Below are positions 10,353 through 19,607 of a DNA stretch of 64,000 nucleotides, piece by piece. The position numbers were made by a program, and so were the translations under genes. The notes under the pieces are model-generated. The model was not told the DNA's origin and searched no databases. It worked only from the letters and a program-made list of their open reading frames with translations. How positions within the stretch are numbered: the first letter of the stretch is position 1; the number at the start of each line of letters is the position of its first letter. The DNA is taken from contig CANEGO010000001.1 in NCBI GenBank assembly GCA_947427095.1, positions 40,164 to 104,163 on the forward strand. The letters are read 5' to 3'. Origin of the DNA: an uncultured Clostridium sp. Lineage in GTDB: Bacteria; Bacillota_I; Bacilli_A; RF39; UBA660.

Positions 10353-11336
10353 TTATTTTGTTAAAGCTTTAACTAACTCATCTTTCTTTAGTTTTGAATA
10401 ACCTTCTATTTTAGCCTCTTTTGCCATAGCCTTTAATTCTGCAACAGTTTTCTTTGCCAAATCCGTAACCTCTTCAGCAGCTTCCTTTACGATTTCTTTT
10501 ACTTCTTCTATTTTTTCTTTAGCTACTGGAGCAACTTCTTTAACCTTTTTTTCTACAACATTTTTAACGTCTTTAGCTAGTTCTTTAACGTCACTAACTA
10601 CTTCTTTTGCAGCAGCTTTAGTTTTATCTTCTTCAGTTACGTAATCTTCAATTGGTTTTCCCGTTGCTTCACATATTGCGTTATTTAAAACCCCTAACAC
10701 TATTTTAACAGCACGAATAGCATCATCATTTCCTGGAATAACATAATCAACTAAATCTGGATCACAGTTAGTATCTACTATACCAAATACTGGAATACCA
10801 AGTTTTCTAGCTTCATTTATTGCGTTAATTTCCTTTTTAGGATCAACGATAACCATAGCTTGTGGTAATTTTTTCATTTCTCTAAGTCCACAGAAATAAG
10901 AGTTTAATTTTTCATATTCCTTACGTATCTTAACTACTTCTTTTTTAGGTAACTTATCAAAAGTTCCGTCTTTTTCCATTTTTTCAATTTGGTCTAATCG
11001 TCCAATTCTTCTTCTAATGGTTCTAAAGTTAGTAAGTGTTCCACCTAACCAACGCTTTGCAACGTAGTAACTATCAGATCTTTTAGCCTCTTCCTCGGCT
11101 GATTCTTGAGCTTGCTTTTTAGTTCCTACAAAAATAACTTTTCCACCGTTTGCGGCGATTTCTTTTAAAGCAGCATATGCTTCTTCAATTTTCTTTACCG
11201 TTTTTTGCAAATCGATAATATAAATATCATCCCTTGCGGTAAATATATATTCTTTCATCTTTGGATTCCATCTTTTTGTTTGATGTCCAAAGTGTACACC
11301 TGCCTCTAGCAAGTAACTCATTGATACAACTGGCAT
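10353..11336 (-). CDS. rpsB: 30S ribosomal protein S2 with C-terminal extension
   Basis: [19 protein letters not shown] motif. Start moved to ATG 11336 (RBS AAGGAGG) because the ORF-track extension covers the leader RNA. Confidence 0.98.
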   Translation of the reverse strand: MPVVSMSYLLEAGVHFGHQTKRWNPKMKEYIFTARDDIYIIDLQKTVKKIEEAYAALKEIAANGGKVIFVGTKKQAQESAEEEAKRSDSYYVAKRWLGGTLTNFRTIRRRIGRLDQIEKMEKDGTFDKLPKKEVVKIRKEYEKLNSYFCGLREMKKLPQAMVIVDPKKEINAINEARKLGIPVFGIVDTNCDPDLVDYVIPGNDDAIRAVKIVLGVLNNAICEATGKPIEDYVTEEDKTKAAAKEVVSDVKELAKDVKNVVEKKVKEVAPVAKEKIEEVKEIVKEAAEEVTDLAKKTVAELKAMAKEAKIEGYSKLKKDELVKALTK

Positions 11337-11455
11337 TTTCTTTTCCTCCTTCGTTTTAACCTCTAAACTCTTCATCTTTACATACTCACCCTCTTCGGGC
11401 ACTCGAGATGTAAATCCAAGTTTATGCGTATTTCTTTCCTTATTCGAAAAGCCAT
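11337..11455 (-). promoter_or_regulatory. rpsB 5' leader (t44/S2 autoregulatory-type structure)
   Basis: Structured leader (aaactt...tttacat / atgtaaa...gagttt pairings) between a TGnTATAAT promoter near 11460 and rpsB. Family assignment is from position. Confidence 0.65.
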
Positions 11456-11575
11456 GCTTATTATAACACATAAATATTATATGATACAAGGTATTTTTTT
11501 ATATTTTATAAAGAAAAAAGAGTAAAATCTTTAGTTAATTTTTCTCTTTTATTTCCACTTTTCGTTTTATCTAAA

Positions 11576-12220
11576 TTAACATCCCATACAAGAGTTCATC
11601 CAATTTAATGCAAAATTACTATCAACGTATGGTTTATCATTTACTATGTTAAGATACCAATCATATTTTTCTTTTTCCATACAAGTTAATGTTTCTTTAT
11701 CTTTTATTTTTTTCTGCAAATATTTGGCATCTTCTTTTAACTTATCAAGTAAGTATGCTTCAGTTTCCATTCCTGTATACTCTTCTAATATTTTTGCTAA
11801 ATCATTATTAAATAAAAGACAATCGTAAACAAAACTTCTTAAGTTAATAGTTTGTTCACAAGTACCACCTATTTTAGTAGGTTTAACGGTTTTACCAAGC
11901 ATTGGTCTTTCTTCACTTGGTAACTTACACCCTTTATCAGTTAATTGACTACATGGTCCACCTTTACCTAATATATCTATAACATCAGCACCTTCATCCC
12001 TTGCCTTTAAATATAAAATAAACGTCCAAGCATCACCACAAAAACCATTAACAGGCTGGCCAGCAATTGATGCAGTTCCTTGTTTTAAAAGCTCCTTAAT
12101 TTTTTCAACATCTAATCCCTTTTCATAAAATTGCCTTATAGAATATATACATCCGACTGTTTTACAACATGATCCGCCACATTTTGCACACATGTTTTCG
12201 TCTTTGTAATATGTTTCCAT
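11576..12220 (-). CDS. YkgJ-like cysteine-cluster protein
   Basis: CAKCGGSCC, then C...L....C.L....RP motifs. Confidence 0.65.
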   Translation of the reverse strand: METYYKDENMCAKCGGSCCKTVGCIYSIRQFYEKGLDVEKIKELLKQGTASIAGQPVNGFCGDAWTFILYLKARDEGADVIDILGKGGPCSQLTDKGCKLPSEERPMLGKTVKPTKIGGTCEQTINLRSFVYDCLLFNNDLAKILEEYTGMETEAYLLDKLKEDAKYLQKKIKDKETLTCMEKEKYDWYLNIVNDKPYVDSNFALNWMNSCMGC

Positions 12221-12287
12221 TTTAATATCCCCCTAAAATCAAAAATATTGCAATTATTATACTTATAGCACTTAAAAAGTCAAGCAA

Positions 12288-12626
12288 TTAATCTTGACCT
12301 TTACTAGTACTTATCAAAAATATCCTTTTATCAAATGACCCACGTTTATTTCTTTTATTAATAGCAATTTTTTCTATCTCTTTAATATCACTATCTATAA
12401 GTTTTAATTTAGCTAGTATAACTTCATAAAGATCCGCTAATTCTTCTTTTATTTCATCATCTGTTTTAGTGCTAATAACTTCATTAGCTTCTTCTAAAAG
12501 TTTTCTATTAAGTTCGTTTTTATATTCATCATCTGATAAAATTCTTATTTCTGCTATTTCATTATTAGATTTTATTATATCAGGAATATTATCCCTTACT
12601 AACTTATTAAATACTTGTTTTTTCAT
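12288..12626 (-). CDS. Nucleoside triphosphate pyrophosphohydrolase (MazG/PRA-PH-like)
   Basis: KLVRDNIP, LLEEANE, EELADLYEV and KRGSF motifs. Confidence 0.88.
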   Translation of the reverse strand: MKKQVFNKLVRDNIPDIIKSNNEIAEIRILSDDEYKNELNRKLLEEANEVISTKTDDEIKEELADLYEVILAKLKLIDSDIKEIEKIAINKRNKRGSFDKRIFLISTSKGQD

Positions 12627-13249
12627 TATAACCCCTTTATATTTTGTATCTCATTTATCAATTCTTTAAAAATTTCGTCATCTTCATATTTTGATTTATG
12701 ATATTCTATCCAAAAATCACTAGCAGTTTTTACTTTTTTTTCTATTTCACCTGCTCTATCTCCGTAAAATGGTAAATCTTCTTTAGCTTTTTCGTAACTA
12801 AAGGCTCCTTGTAAATCATATACTTTAGCTTGAAAATCACATTCTATTTTATCAATGTGATAACAAAAGATAGCTTCTTTTGTTAGTTGAGCATTAAACT
12901 CATCTAATAGCTGTTCTATTTCATTTTGTTTAAATAATCCATCCGTTACATCTTTAACGCATTTTTTACCTAGTTCTATTTTTTCTTCCTTGGTAATACC
13001 AGAGCGTAAAGTTAAATCACCCATTTTTATTTCTTCTAACTCATGTAGCGCTAACATCTTTAATACTTTATACATATCCAAATCAAGTTTATATTCACTA
13101 TCTATCGCTATGGCAAGTATTAAACATCCATATATATGTTCCGCAACAGATTCCAATCTTTCTTTATTGATGCCTATTTCTATCCATCCAGTTCTTACCT
13201 TTTCCTTTAACTTATTAGCAAGGACATAAAAATTTATTATGTTTTTCAT
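12626..13249 (-). CDS. HD-domain phosphohydrolase (5'-deoxynucleotidase-like)
   Basis: RTGW, ESVAEH, HELEE...GD and DKIE motifs. Confidence 0.85.
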   Translation of the reverse strand: MKNIINFYVLANKLKEKVRTGWIEIGINKERLESVAEHIYGCLILAIAIDSEYKLDLDMYKVLKMLALHELEEIKMGDLTLRSGITKEEKIELGKKCVKDVTDGLFKQNEIEQLLDEFNAQLTKEAIFCYHIDKIECDFQAKVYDLQGAFSYEKAKEDLPFYGDRAGEIEKKVKTASDFWIEYHKSKYEDDEIFKELINEIQNIKGL

Positions 13250-13260
13250 TACATTTTCTC

Positions 13261-15426
13261 CTATAAATTAACCGGATTAAAATCCAATTCTACTTTTATC
13301 TTACTGTTTCCTTCGTATATTTTTACGATTTCATTTAAAGCTTTATATAGCATATCATCTTTTTTATATTTTAGTATGACTTGAAAATTATAATTATTGT
13401 TAATTCTTAAAACACTTGCAATCGAAGGTCCTAATATACTTGTTGTACTACTTAAATTATTTTTTAAAAATATACTTACCTTTTTCGCTTCATTAATACC
13501 ATAATCAAAGTCTTTAGAAGTTATTTTTATTAATGTTATAAAACAATATGGTGGATAGTTAAGCTTTTTTCTAACCATCATTTCTCTTGCAAAAAATCCT
13601 TTGTATTCATGCTTTGATGCGCAAACAATACTATAATGGTCCGGATTAAAAGTTTGTATGACTGCTTCACCCTCTTTATCAGCTCGTCCTGCACGACCTA
13701 TTACTTGATCTAAAAGACTAAATGTGTTTTCTGCTGATCTAAAATTTGGAATGTTTAAAGAAGAGTCTCCATTTATAACACCAACTAATGTTACGTTGGG
13801 AAAGTTAAGTCCTTTTGCAATCATTTGGGTTCCAACTAATATATCATATTTACCATCATTAAAATCGTTTATTAATCTATGATGTGAACCTTTTTTGCTA
13901 GTTGTATCAGCATCCATCCTAATTACTCTTGCTAGTGGAAATTCATCATTTATCTTTTCTTCTAGTTTTTCAGTTCCCGTACCCATATTGTTTACGCTTT
14001 TTTCCTTGCAAGAAGGACAAGTATCAGTTTTAGAAGTTGCATAACCGCAATAATGACACCTCATCATTCCTGATGACTTATGATAAGTTAACGTTATGTC
14101 ACAGTTAGGGCACTTAAATACAAAACCACATGATTTACAAGATAAATAATTAGCATATCCCCTTCTATTTAAAAGCAGCATAACCTGTTCCTTTTTATTT
14201 AAATGATCATTTATTTTTTCTTTTAGAATACTAGAAAAAATTGAATTACCTTTTCTTATTTCATACTTCATATCAACAATAGTAACGTTTGGCAGTGGCC
14301 TTTCATTAACTCGATTACTTAATTCTAAATATTCATAGTATCCCTTTTTAGCCCGTGCATAACTTTCAATGGTTGGTGTTGCACTACCAAGTACCAACGG
14401 GCAATTATGTGTTTTAGATCTTTCGGTTGCAATGTCAATGGTGTTATACCTAGGATTATTTTCTTGTTTATAACTTTCTGAATGCTCTTCATCGATAATT
14501 ATTACACCAATGTTTTTAAGAGGAGCAAAAATAGCACTGCGAGCACCTATTACAACCTTTACTTCCCCACGGTTTATTCTTCGATATTCGTCATATCTTT
14601 CACCATCAGATAAAGCCGAGTGAAGAATTGCTATTTCATCATTAAAAACTCCTTTAAACCTTGATGTTATCTGTGGCGTTAAACTTATTTCAGGAACCAA
14701 AATAATTGCACTTTTTTCGTTTCTTACCACTTCTTTTACCACGTCTATATAAACTTCTGTCTTACCACTTCCGGTCACGCCGTAAAGTAAAATCGTTTTA
14801 TTTGTATCAAAAGCTTGTTTTATACGACTGCTAACGGACGCTTGTTCTTTAGTAAGCATTATATCATTACTATTAATACAAACGTTCACTTTTCGATATA
14901 TTTCCTTGTTAAATTGGGTTACGATGCTTTTTTCTATTAATTTTTTTAACGATGATTTACTCTTTATTAAACTTTTTAGTACTTCTTTATTTTCCTTTAA
15001 CAAATTTATTATTTCCAATTGACTTTTTATTTTAATATCATAATTATTAGAGAAATCATTTAACCTAACATAAGTTAAGTTTTTTACACCATAATTATTT
15101 TTAGCATTTGCCTTTAATGCTTTAGGAAGCATCGCTTGATAACAATTTATTAATGGGCATAAATACTTATTACTCATAAACTTTCCTAAACTTATTAATT
15201 CTTCATTTAAAATTGTTTCATCATCAACCACACTTATAATATCTTTAACCTCATAAGTATTATCAAAATCAGTATACTCAAGCACAAATGCTTCTACGAT
15301 TCTTTTGCCAAATGGTACCAACACTCTTTTACCAATCAAATCAGATCCTAGCTTTAATGGTGCATGGTAAGTAAATGTCATATCGTTACTTTTAACCCTA
15401 GTTTCAATCAAAACGTTTACGTACAT
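13261..15426 (-). CDS. priA: Primosomal protein N'
   Basis: GVTGSGKT, DEEH, Cys-rich Zn region and GTQMIAKG motifs. Confidence 0.98.
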   Translation of the reverse strand: MYVNVLIETRVKSNDMTFTYHAPLKLGSDLIGKRVLVPFGKRIVEAFVLEYTDFDNTYEVKDIISVVDDETILNEELISLGKFMSNKYLCPLINCYQAMLPKALKANAKNNYGVKNLTYVRLNDFSNNYDIKIKSQLEIINLLKENKEVLKSLIKSKSSLKKLIEKSIVTQFNKEIYRKVNVCINSNDIMLTKEQASVSSRIKQAFDTNKTILLYGVTGSGKTEVYIDVVKEVVRNEKSAIILVPEISLTPQITSRFKGVFNDEIAILHSALSDGERYDEYRRINRGEVKVVIGARSAIFAPLKNIGVIIIDEEHSESYKQENNPRYNTIDIATERSKTHNCPLVLGSATPTIESYARAKKGYYEYLELSNRVNERPLPNVTIVDMKYEIRKGNSIFSSILKEKINDHLNKKEQVMLLLNRRGYANYLSCKSCGFVFKCPNCDITLTYHKSSGMMRCHYCGYATSKTDTCPSCKEKSVNNMGTGTEKLEEKINDEFPLARVIRMDADTTSKKGSHHRLINDFNDGKYDILVGTQMIAKGLNFPNVTLVGVINGDSSLNIPNFRSAENTFSLLDQVIGRAGRADKEGEAVIQTFNPDHYSIVCASKHEYKGFFAREMMVRKKLNYPPYCFITLIKITSKDFDYGINEAKKVSIFLKNNLSSTTSILGPSIASVLRINNNYNFQVILKYKKDDMLYKALNEIVKIYEGNSKIKVELDFNPVNL

Positions 15427-15486
15427 ATTACCACCACCTAAACGTATTATATCACATAAAATAAAAAAGAACCTATTTAAGATTCT

Positions 15487-16218
15487 TTATTTTGAAGGGG
15501 CTTGGGAAAATGTGAACTGTACTTTTAAAGTGTCCTTATAATATGTTTTGTTGTTTCCGTTATCAAGTCCTTGTCCACTATCAGTTTCTTCTCTCCATTC
15601 TGCGCTAAAACGCATATACATACTTTCACCAGGCTGAAGAATAATTAAAGCATTTTCAGTATCTATGTATTTAGAAATTTCATCCGAAGATTTAAGATTA
15701 ACCGAAATATTACCATTCGCATCCTCAAATCCTAAAAGTTCAAAATCCATAATACTATTATAATCAAGATTGTTTGTGCAATTAGAAAAGGTATCATCCT
15801 CAAAATTTCCTTCGCATCTTTCAATTGACCACTGAATACTTCCTTCTTCCGATTCCATACCAGGGTTAAATGATGCTGGTATAGAACCACTATTCGTTAA
15901 TTTTACCGTATAATTTCTTGCTGCCAAAGGCTGGGTTAACTCCGCATTAAATGTCACTTCATTTCCATTAACCGTACAACTATCATTCTTGTAATGGTTG
16001 TCTTTTGTAATGGATGGACTTCCACTAAAAAAATAATTATAACCTTCCATTGGAAAATCTTTTTGTATTCCAGGGGTACATGTCGTTGTTATATTAAAAT
16101 CACCCTTAGCTGTTGCAGTACCATTTATTGTTAATGCCTCTGAAAATAATGCATAACCTACCATCATTGTTACCACAAGTGTTAATACTGCTATTATTAC
16201 TTTTTTTTGCTTGTTCAT
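15487..16218 (-). CDS. Secreted TasA/SipW-class-like protein
   Basis: Signal peptide ending GYA, then LFSEALTINGTATAKGDF and a beta-rich core with L..P......V...N.G...A; paralog at 27273-27959. Confidence 0.55.
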   Translation of the reverse strand: MNKQKKVIIAVLTLVVTMMVGYALFSEALTINGTATAKGDFNITTTCTPGIQKDFPMEGYNYFFSGSPSITKDNHYKNDSCTVNGNEVTFNAELTQPLAARNYTVKLTNSGSIPASFNPGMESEEGSIQWSIERCEGNFEDDTFSNCTNNLDYNSIMDFELLGFEDANGNISVNLKSSDEISKYIDTENALIILQPGESMYMRFSAEWREETDSGQGLDNGNNKTYYKDTLKVQFTFSQAPSK

Positions 16219-16258
16219 ATCTTTTACTTCTCCTTTATTTTCTTTATTTTACATGTTT

Positions 16259-16288
16259 ATAATAACATACTACCCCCCCCCCGGTCAA
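16259..16288 (-). promoter_or_regulatory. Sigma-A-type promoter with G10 tract in an 18-bp spacer
   Basis: Minus strand reads TTGACC-GGGGGGGGGG-TAGTATGT-TATTAT; C10 at 16273-16282. Confidence 0.78.
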
Positions 16289-16434
16289 TTTTTTTAAAAC
16301 GCTTGTGTAAAAGAAAAAAGCAGGGTAAATTTATTTATTTAACAATTTTTTACGTGTTTTCTTTTCAACATAATAACATTGTTTTATCATTTTTACATAT
16401 TTTTTATGAAACATTAGCTTTAAAGCTAACACAA

Positions 16435-16466
16435 AAAAAGAAGATTTTTAAAAGTCTTCTTTTTTT
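16435..16466. terminator. Intrinsic terminator
   Basis: aaaaagaagatttt / aaagtcttcttttt hairpin after the 16476 gene. Confidence 0.75.
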
Positions 16467-16475
16467 CTTTATTAG

Positions 16476-18314
16476 TTATTTTACCTCTCTTTTATTTCCA
16501 GTATAAGTCCATCCATTAATACTAGTTTGAGTAGACCATTTATATTTTTGTTCACATGAAGTTTTATATATAGCTTCCGCGTTTTTAGTGCTACTTGTAT
16601 TTACGGTTTTAACACAACTAGTACCATTTAAGATATAACCACTATCACATGAGTAAGTTACCTTTTGGTTAGTAATCGTTTTAGTACATTTTTTACCATT
16701 TAATGTATATCCAGGATAATCCGCGCAAGAATAAGTAGTGTTTGAGTTAGTTTTAATACAATATAACTTGTCGCTAGTTTGAACAGTACCCTCTGGACAA
16801 GTACATACTTTAACCTTAGATTTAACCGTACACTTAGTACCATTTAAAGTATATGTTTTATTTGAAGTATTAGGCGGGCAAGAATACGTCGTAGTAGAAC
16901 ATTTTCCTCCACCAATTGAATTTGTTCCAGCAGGACAACCATAAATATTTTTAGTACAATATCTTTCATCAGATGTTTTATTAGTTCCAGACGGACAAGA
17001 ATATGTTACTCCAAGTGTTTTCGTACAAGTTTTTTTAGCTTCATCTAGTTTATAATCAGAACCATATTTAGAACAACTATAAGTAGTTTCTTGTTTTGTA
17101 CAACTACTTCCTGCATCAGTATAGCCAGAAGGGCACTTAGTTGTTACAGTAGTTGCTTTTCTACATTTATCAGTTCCATATTTTTCATAACCTGGAAAAG
17201 CATCACACGAATAACTATATTCCGTAGCATCTTTTCTATAACGGTAATATTTATAAATTTTTACAGTTGTAAAACAAGTATCACAAGTAAGTTCCTCCCA
17301 CCAATCAACTAAAACTAGCTTTTCGTTATCATTTGTAAATGCTAAGTTACTTTGATCAGAAGTAAGTGTTGATACATAAGTCCATTTATAGCCAGAGGCA
17401 ACTTTAGTTGCGTTTATAACATCGTAATTTTGAACTTTTATATAATCTGCCGTAACTGTTTTAACAGTACCAACAGCACCTTTTATATCATAAGTATATT
17501 TTTTATCAGCAGTAACTGTTTGAGTACCTTTAAATACTTCATCAGTAACAGAACTTGATGGTGTAGCGTCAATGGTTGAGGTTAAAGTAGTTACTTTGCA
17601 ACTTGCAGGCTCTTTTTTATCAGTTGTAGAAACTATTGGTTTCGCATCCTTAGTATCAGTTTCTGTTACGTTAGTAACGTTTTTATAAGCTTCTTTTGTA
17701 ATCGTTTCAGAACCATTCTTAATACATTTATTACCAACTAAATAATAGCCCGATGGACACACGTATTTATCAAATTTATCAGTACATACATTTTTAACAA
17801 ACTGATATTCGTACAACTTACCACCATTTTTAGTGGTGGTTATCTTACCCTTAGTAGTAGTTTTATCAACCTTAGTGGTTGTTTCTAGCATCTTACACTC
17901 ATTACTACAAATATCATAACATCCATAATGTTCAATTATGTAATCTTTTTTATCAGTACAAGATAATTGCACCTTTATTATGTATTCGTTTTCTAACTTA
18001 GTTATTTGGACATAAGATGTATCTGCATCACAATAATTACCATTTGAATCCATTAAAGGTAAAATAAGATGTTTATCAATCATTTCCTTTAATGTCATTT
18101 TTTTAGACGTATTAAAATCGCTTGGTAATCTTTCAATTGTATAATAAGACTTTGCAGCGTCTTTCATCCTATCTAAATTATCTGCGAAAATCTGGTTATT
18201 TAATGGTTTTAAATCAGGCATTGGAAATAACCAAATTAATAAAAAGATAAAAATTATAATTAGTATTAGTCTAATTAGTAAATCTTTTACGGTCAAACCT
18301 CTTTTTTCTTCCAT
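16476..18314 (-). CDS. Pilin-like membrane-anchored protein with about 10 Cys-loop repeats (putative adhesin)
   Basis: Start moved to ATG 18314 (RBS AAAGGGGG; promoter TTGACA-17-TATTAT upstream). KRG|LTVKDLL plus TM helix, and YxCPxGY...CxK repeats. Confidence 0.6.
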   Translation of the reverse strand: MEEKRGLTVKDLLIRLILIIIFIFLLIWLFPMPDLKPLNNQIFADNLDRMKDAAKSYYTIERLPSDFNTSKKMTLKEMIDKHLILPLMDSNGNYCDADTSYVQITKLENEYIIKVQLSCTDKKDYIIEHYGCYDICSNECKMLETTTKVDKTTTKGKITTTKNGGKLYEYQFVKNVCTDKFDKYVCPSGYYLVGNKCIKNGSETITKEAYKNVTNVTETDTKDAKPIVSTTDKKEPASCKVTTLTSTIDATPSSSVTDEVFKGTQTVTADKKYTYDIKGAVGTVKTVTADYIKVQNYDVINATKVASGYKWTYVSTLTSDQSNLAFTNDNEKLVLVDWWEELTCDTCFTTVKIYKYYRYRKDATEYSYSCDAFPGYEKYGTDKCRKATTVTTKCPSGYTDAGSSCTKQETTYSCSKYGSDYKLDEAKKTCTKTLGVTYSCPSGTNKTSDERYCTKNIYGCPAGTNSIGGGKCSTTTYSCPPNTSNKTYTLNGTKCTVKSKVKVCTCPEGTVQTSDKLYCIKTNSNTTYSCADYPGYTLNGKKCTKTITNQKVTYSCDSGYILNGTSCVKTVNTSSTKNAEAIYKTSCEQKYKWSTQTSINGWTYTGNKREVK

Positions 18315-18502
18315 CAAAATTCCCCCTTTGTTTGAATGGCTGTTATAATAGCACAAACAGGTAAAAATGTCAACATTTTATGTAATTCATAATTACAAGA
18401 ACGAAACACGTCAATGTTTTGTAAATTAAAATTTCTATTACTTACCTCATCATGCATTAAAACATTATAAGTCTTTATTTTAAATCATTACAAATTTTGG
18501 TA

Positions 18503-18772
18503 TTATTTTTTTAAATAAACAACGGTACAACCGGGATTATAAGGATTCAAATGGAAGCTTTCAACTATTTTACTAACCCGTAAAACCTCTTGAACCTCAT
18601 TTTTCAAAGCTCCCGTCCCAACACCATGAATAATTAATACCCGGTTATTTTTTAAAACGTAATTATCATGAATAAACTCTTTTATTAACACTCTTGCAGA
18701 AGATCTTATTTCACCATGTAAATCTAAGCTTGGCAAGTTATTAACAAAAACATCATCAAAAAAGCTTCTCAT
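18503..18772 (-). CDS. Smr domain protein
   Basis: LDLHG, IIHGVGTG and NPGCTVV motifs. Confidence 0.9.
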   Translation of the reverse strand: MRSFFDDVFVNNLPSLDLHGEIRSSARVLIKEFIHDNYVLKNNRVLIIHGVGTGALKNEVQEVLRVSKIVESFHLNPYNPGCTVVYLKK

Positions 18773-18773
18773 G

Positions 18774-19607
18774 TTAGTTTTGAATCTTGTATGCCTTTAC
18801 TACATTTTTAAGCAAGCAAGAAACCGTCATTGGTCCTACTCCACCAGGAACCGGAGTAATTAAAGAAGCTTTCTTACTAACTTCCTCAAAATCAACGTCT
18901 CCACATAATAAATTACCTTCTTTATTTATCCCGACGTCTATTACCACTGCACCTTCTTTTACCATATCCTTAGTAATTAGGTTTGGATGGCCAGCAGCAA
19001 CTATTAATACGTCAGCTTTAGTAGTATAATTTTTAATATCTAAACTTTTAGAGTGGCAAACACTTAAAGTAGCATCTTCCTTTAATAAAAGTTGCATAAG
19101 TGGTTTACCTACCAAGTTACTTCTTCCAACTAAACAAACATTTTTTGTTGCAAGATCAACTTTATATGCTTTTAAAAGTTCCATTACCCCAAGCGGTGTA
19201 CATGGTACTAAACAATCATTTTCTAAAACTAAATTTCCAACGTTTTGGTAGGTTAATCCATCAACGTCTTTTATCGGATTGATTTCATTTATTATTTTAC
19301 CCTCATCAAAACCATCAGGTAGTGGAAGTTGAACTAATATACCGTTTACACTAATGTCATTATTAAGTCTTTTTATTTCATTTATAACTAAATCTTCAGA
19401 AATCGTATCATTAAATTTTATATGTTCAAACCTTATTCCTACGTCTTCGCATGCCTTTTTCTTATTTTTTATATAAACCTGGCTTGCTTTATTGTCCCCT
19501 ATTTGAATAACCGCAAGACAAGGCATTATTTTTTCTTCCGAAATTAACTTTTTAACCTGCTTTCTTATATCAAAACTTACTTTTGTTCCATCAATTATAT
19601 CTTTCAT
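18774..19607 (-). CDS. folD: Methylenetetrahydrofolate dehydrogenase/cyclohydrolase
   Basis: [18 protein letters not shown] and [11 protein letters not shown] motifs. Confidence 0.98.
   Translation of the reverse strand: MKDIIDGTKVSFDIRKQVKKLISEEKIMPCLAVIQIGDNKASQVYIKNKKKACEDVGIRFEHIKFNDTISEDLVINEIKRLNNDISVNGILVQLPLPDGFDEGKIINEINPIKDVDGLTYQNVGNLVLENDCLVPCTPLGVMELLKAYKVDLATKNVCLVGRSNLVGKPLMQLLLKEDATLSVCHSKSLDIKNYTTKADVLIVAAGHPNLITKDMVKEGAVVIDVGINKEGNLLCGDVDFEEVSKKASLITPVPGGVGPMTVSCLLKNVVKAYKIQN

Noticed and set aside
16207-16506. 99-aa plus-strand ORF crossing the C10 tract (possible frameshift phase variation)
   Set aside because: It has F/I/K-rich intergenic composition, no RBS, and overlaps both neighbouring genes and a terminator. 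The tract is better explained as a minus-strand promoter spacer.
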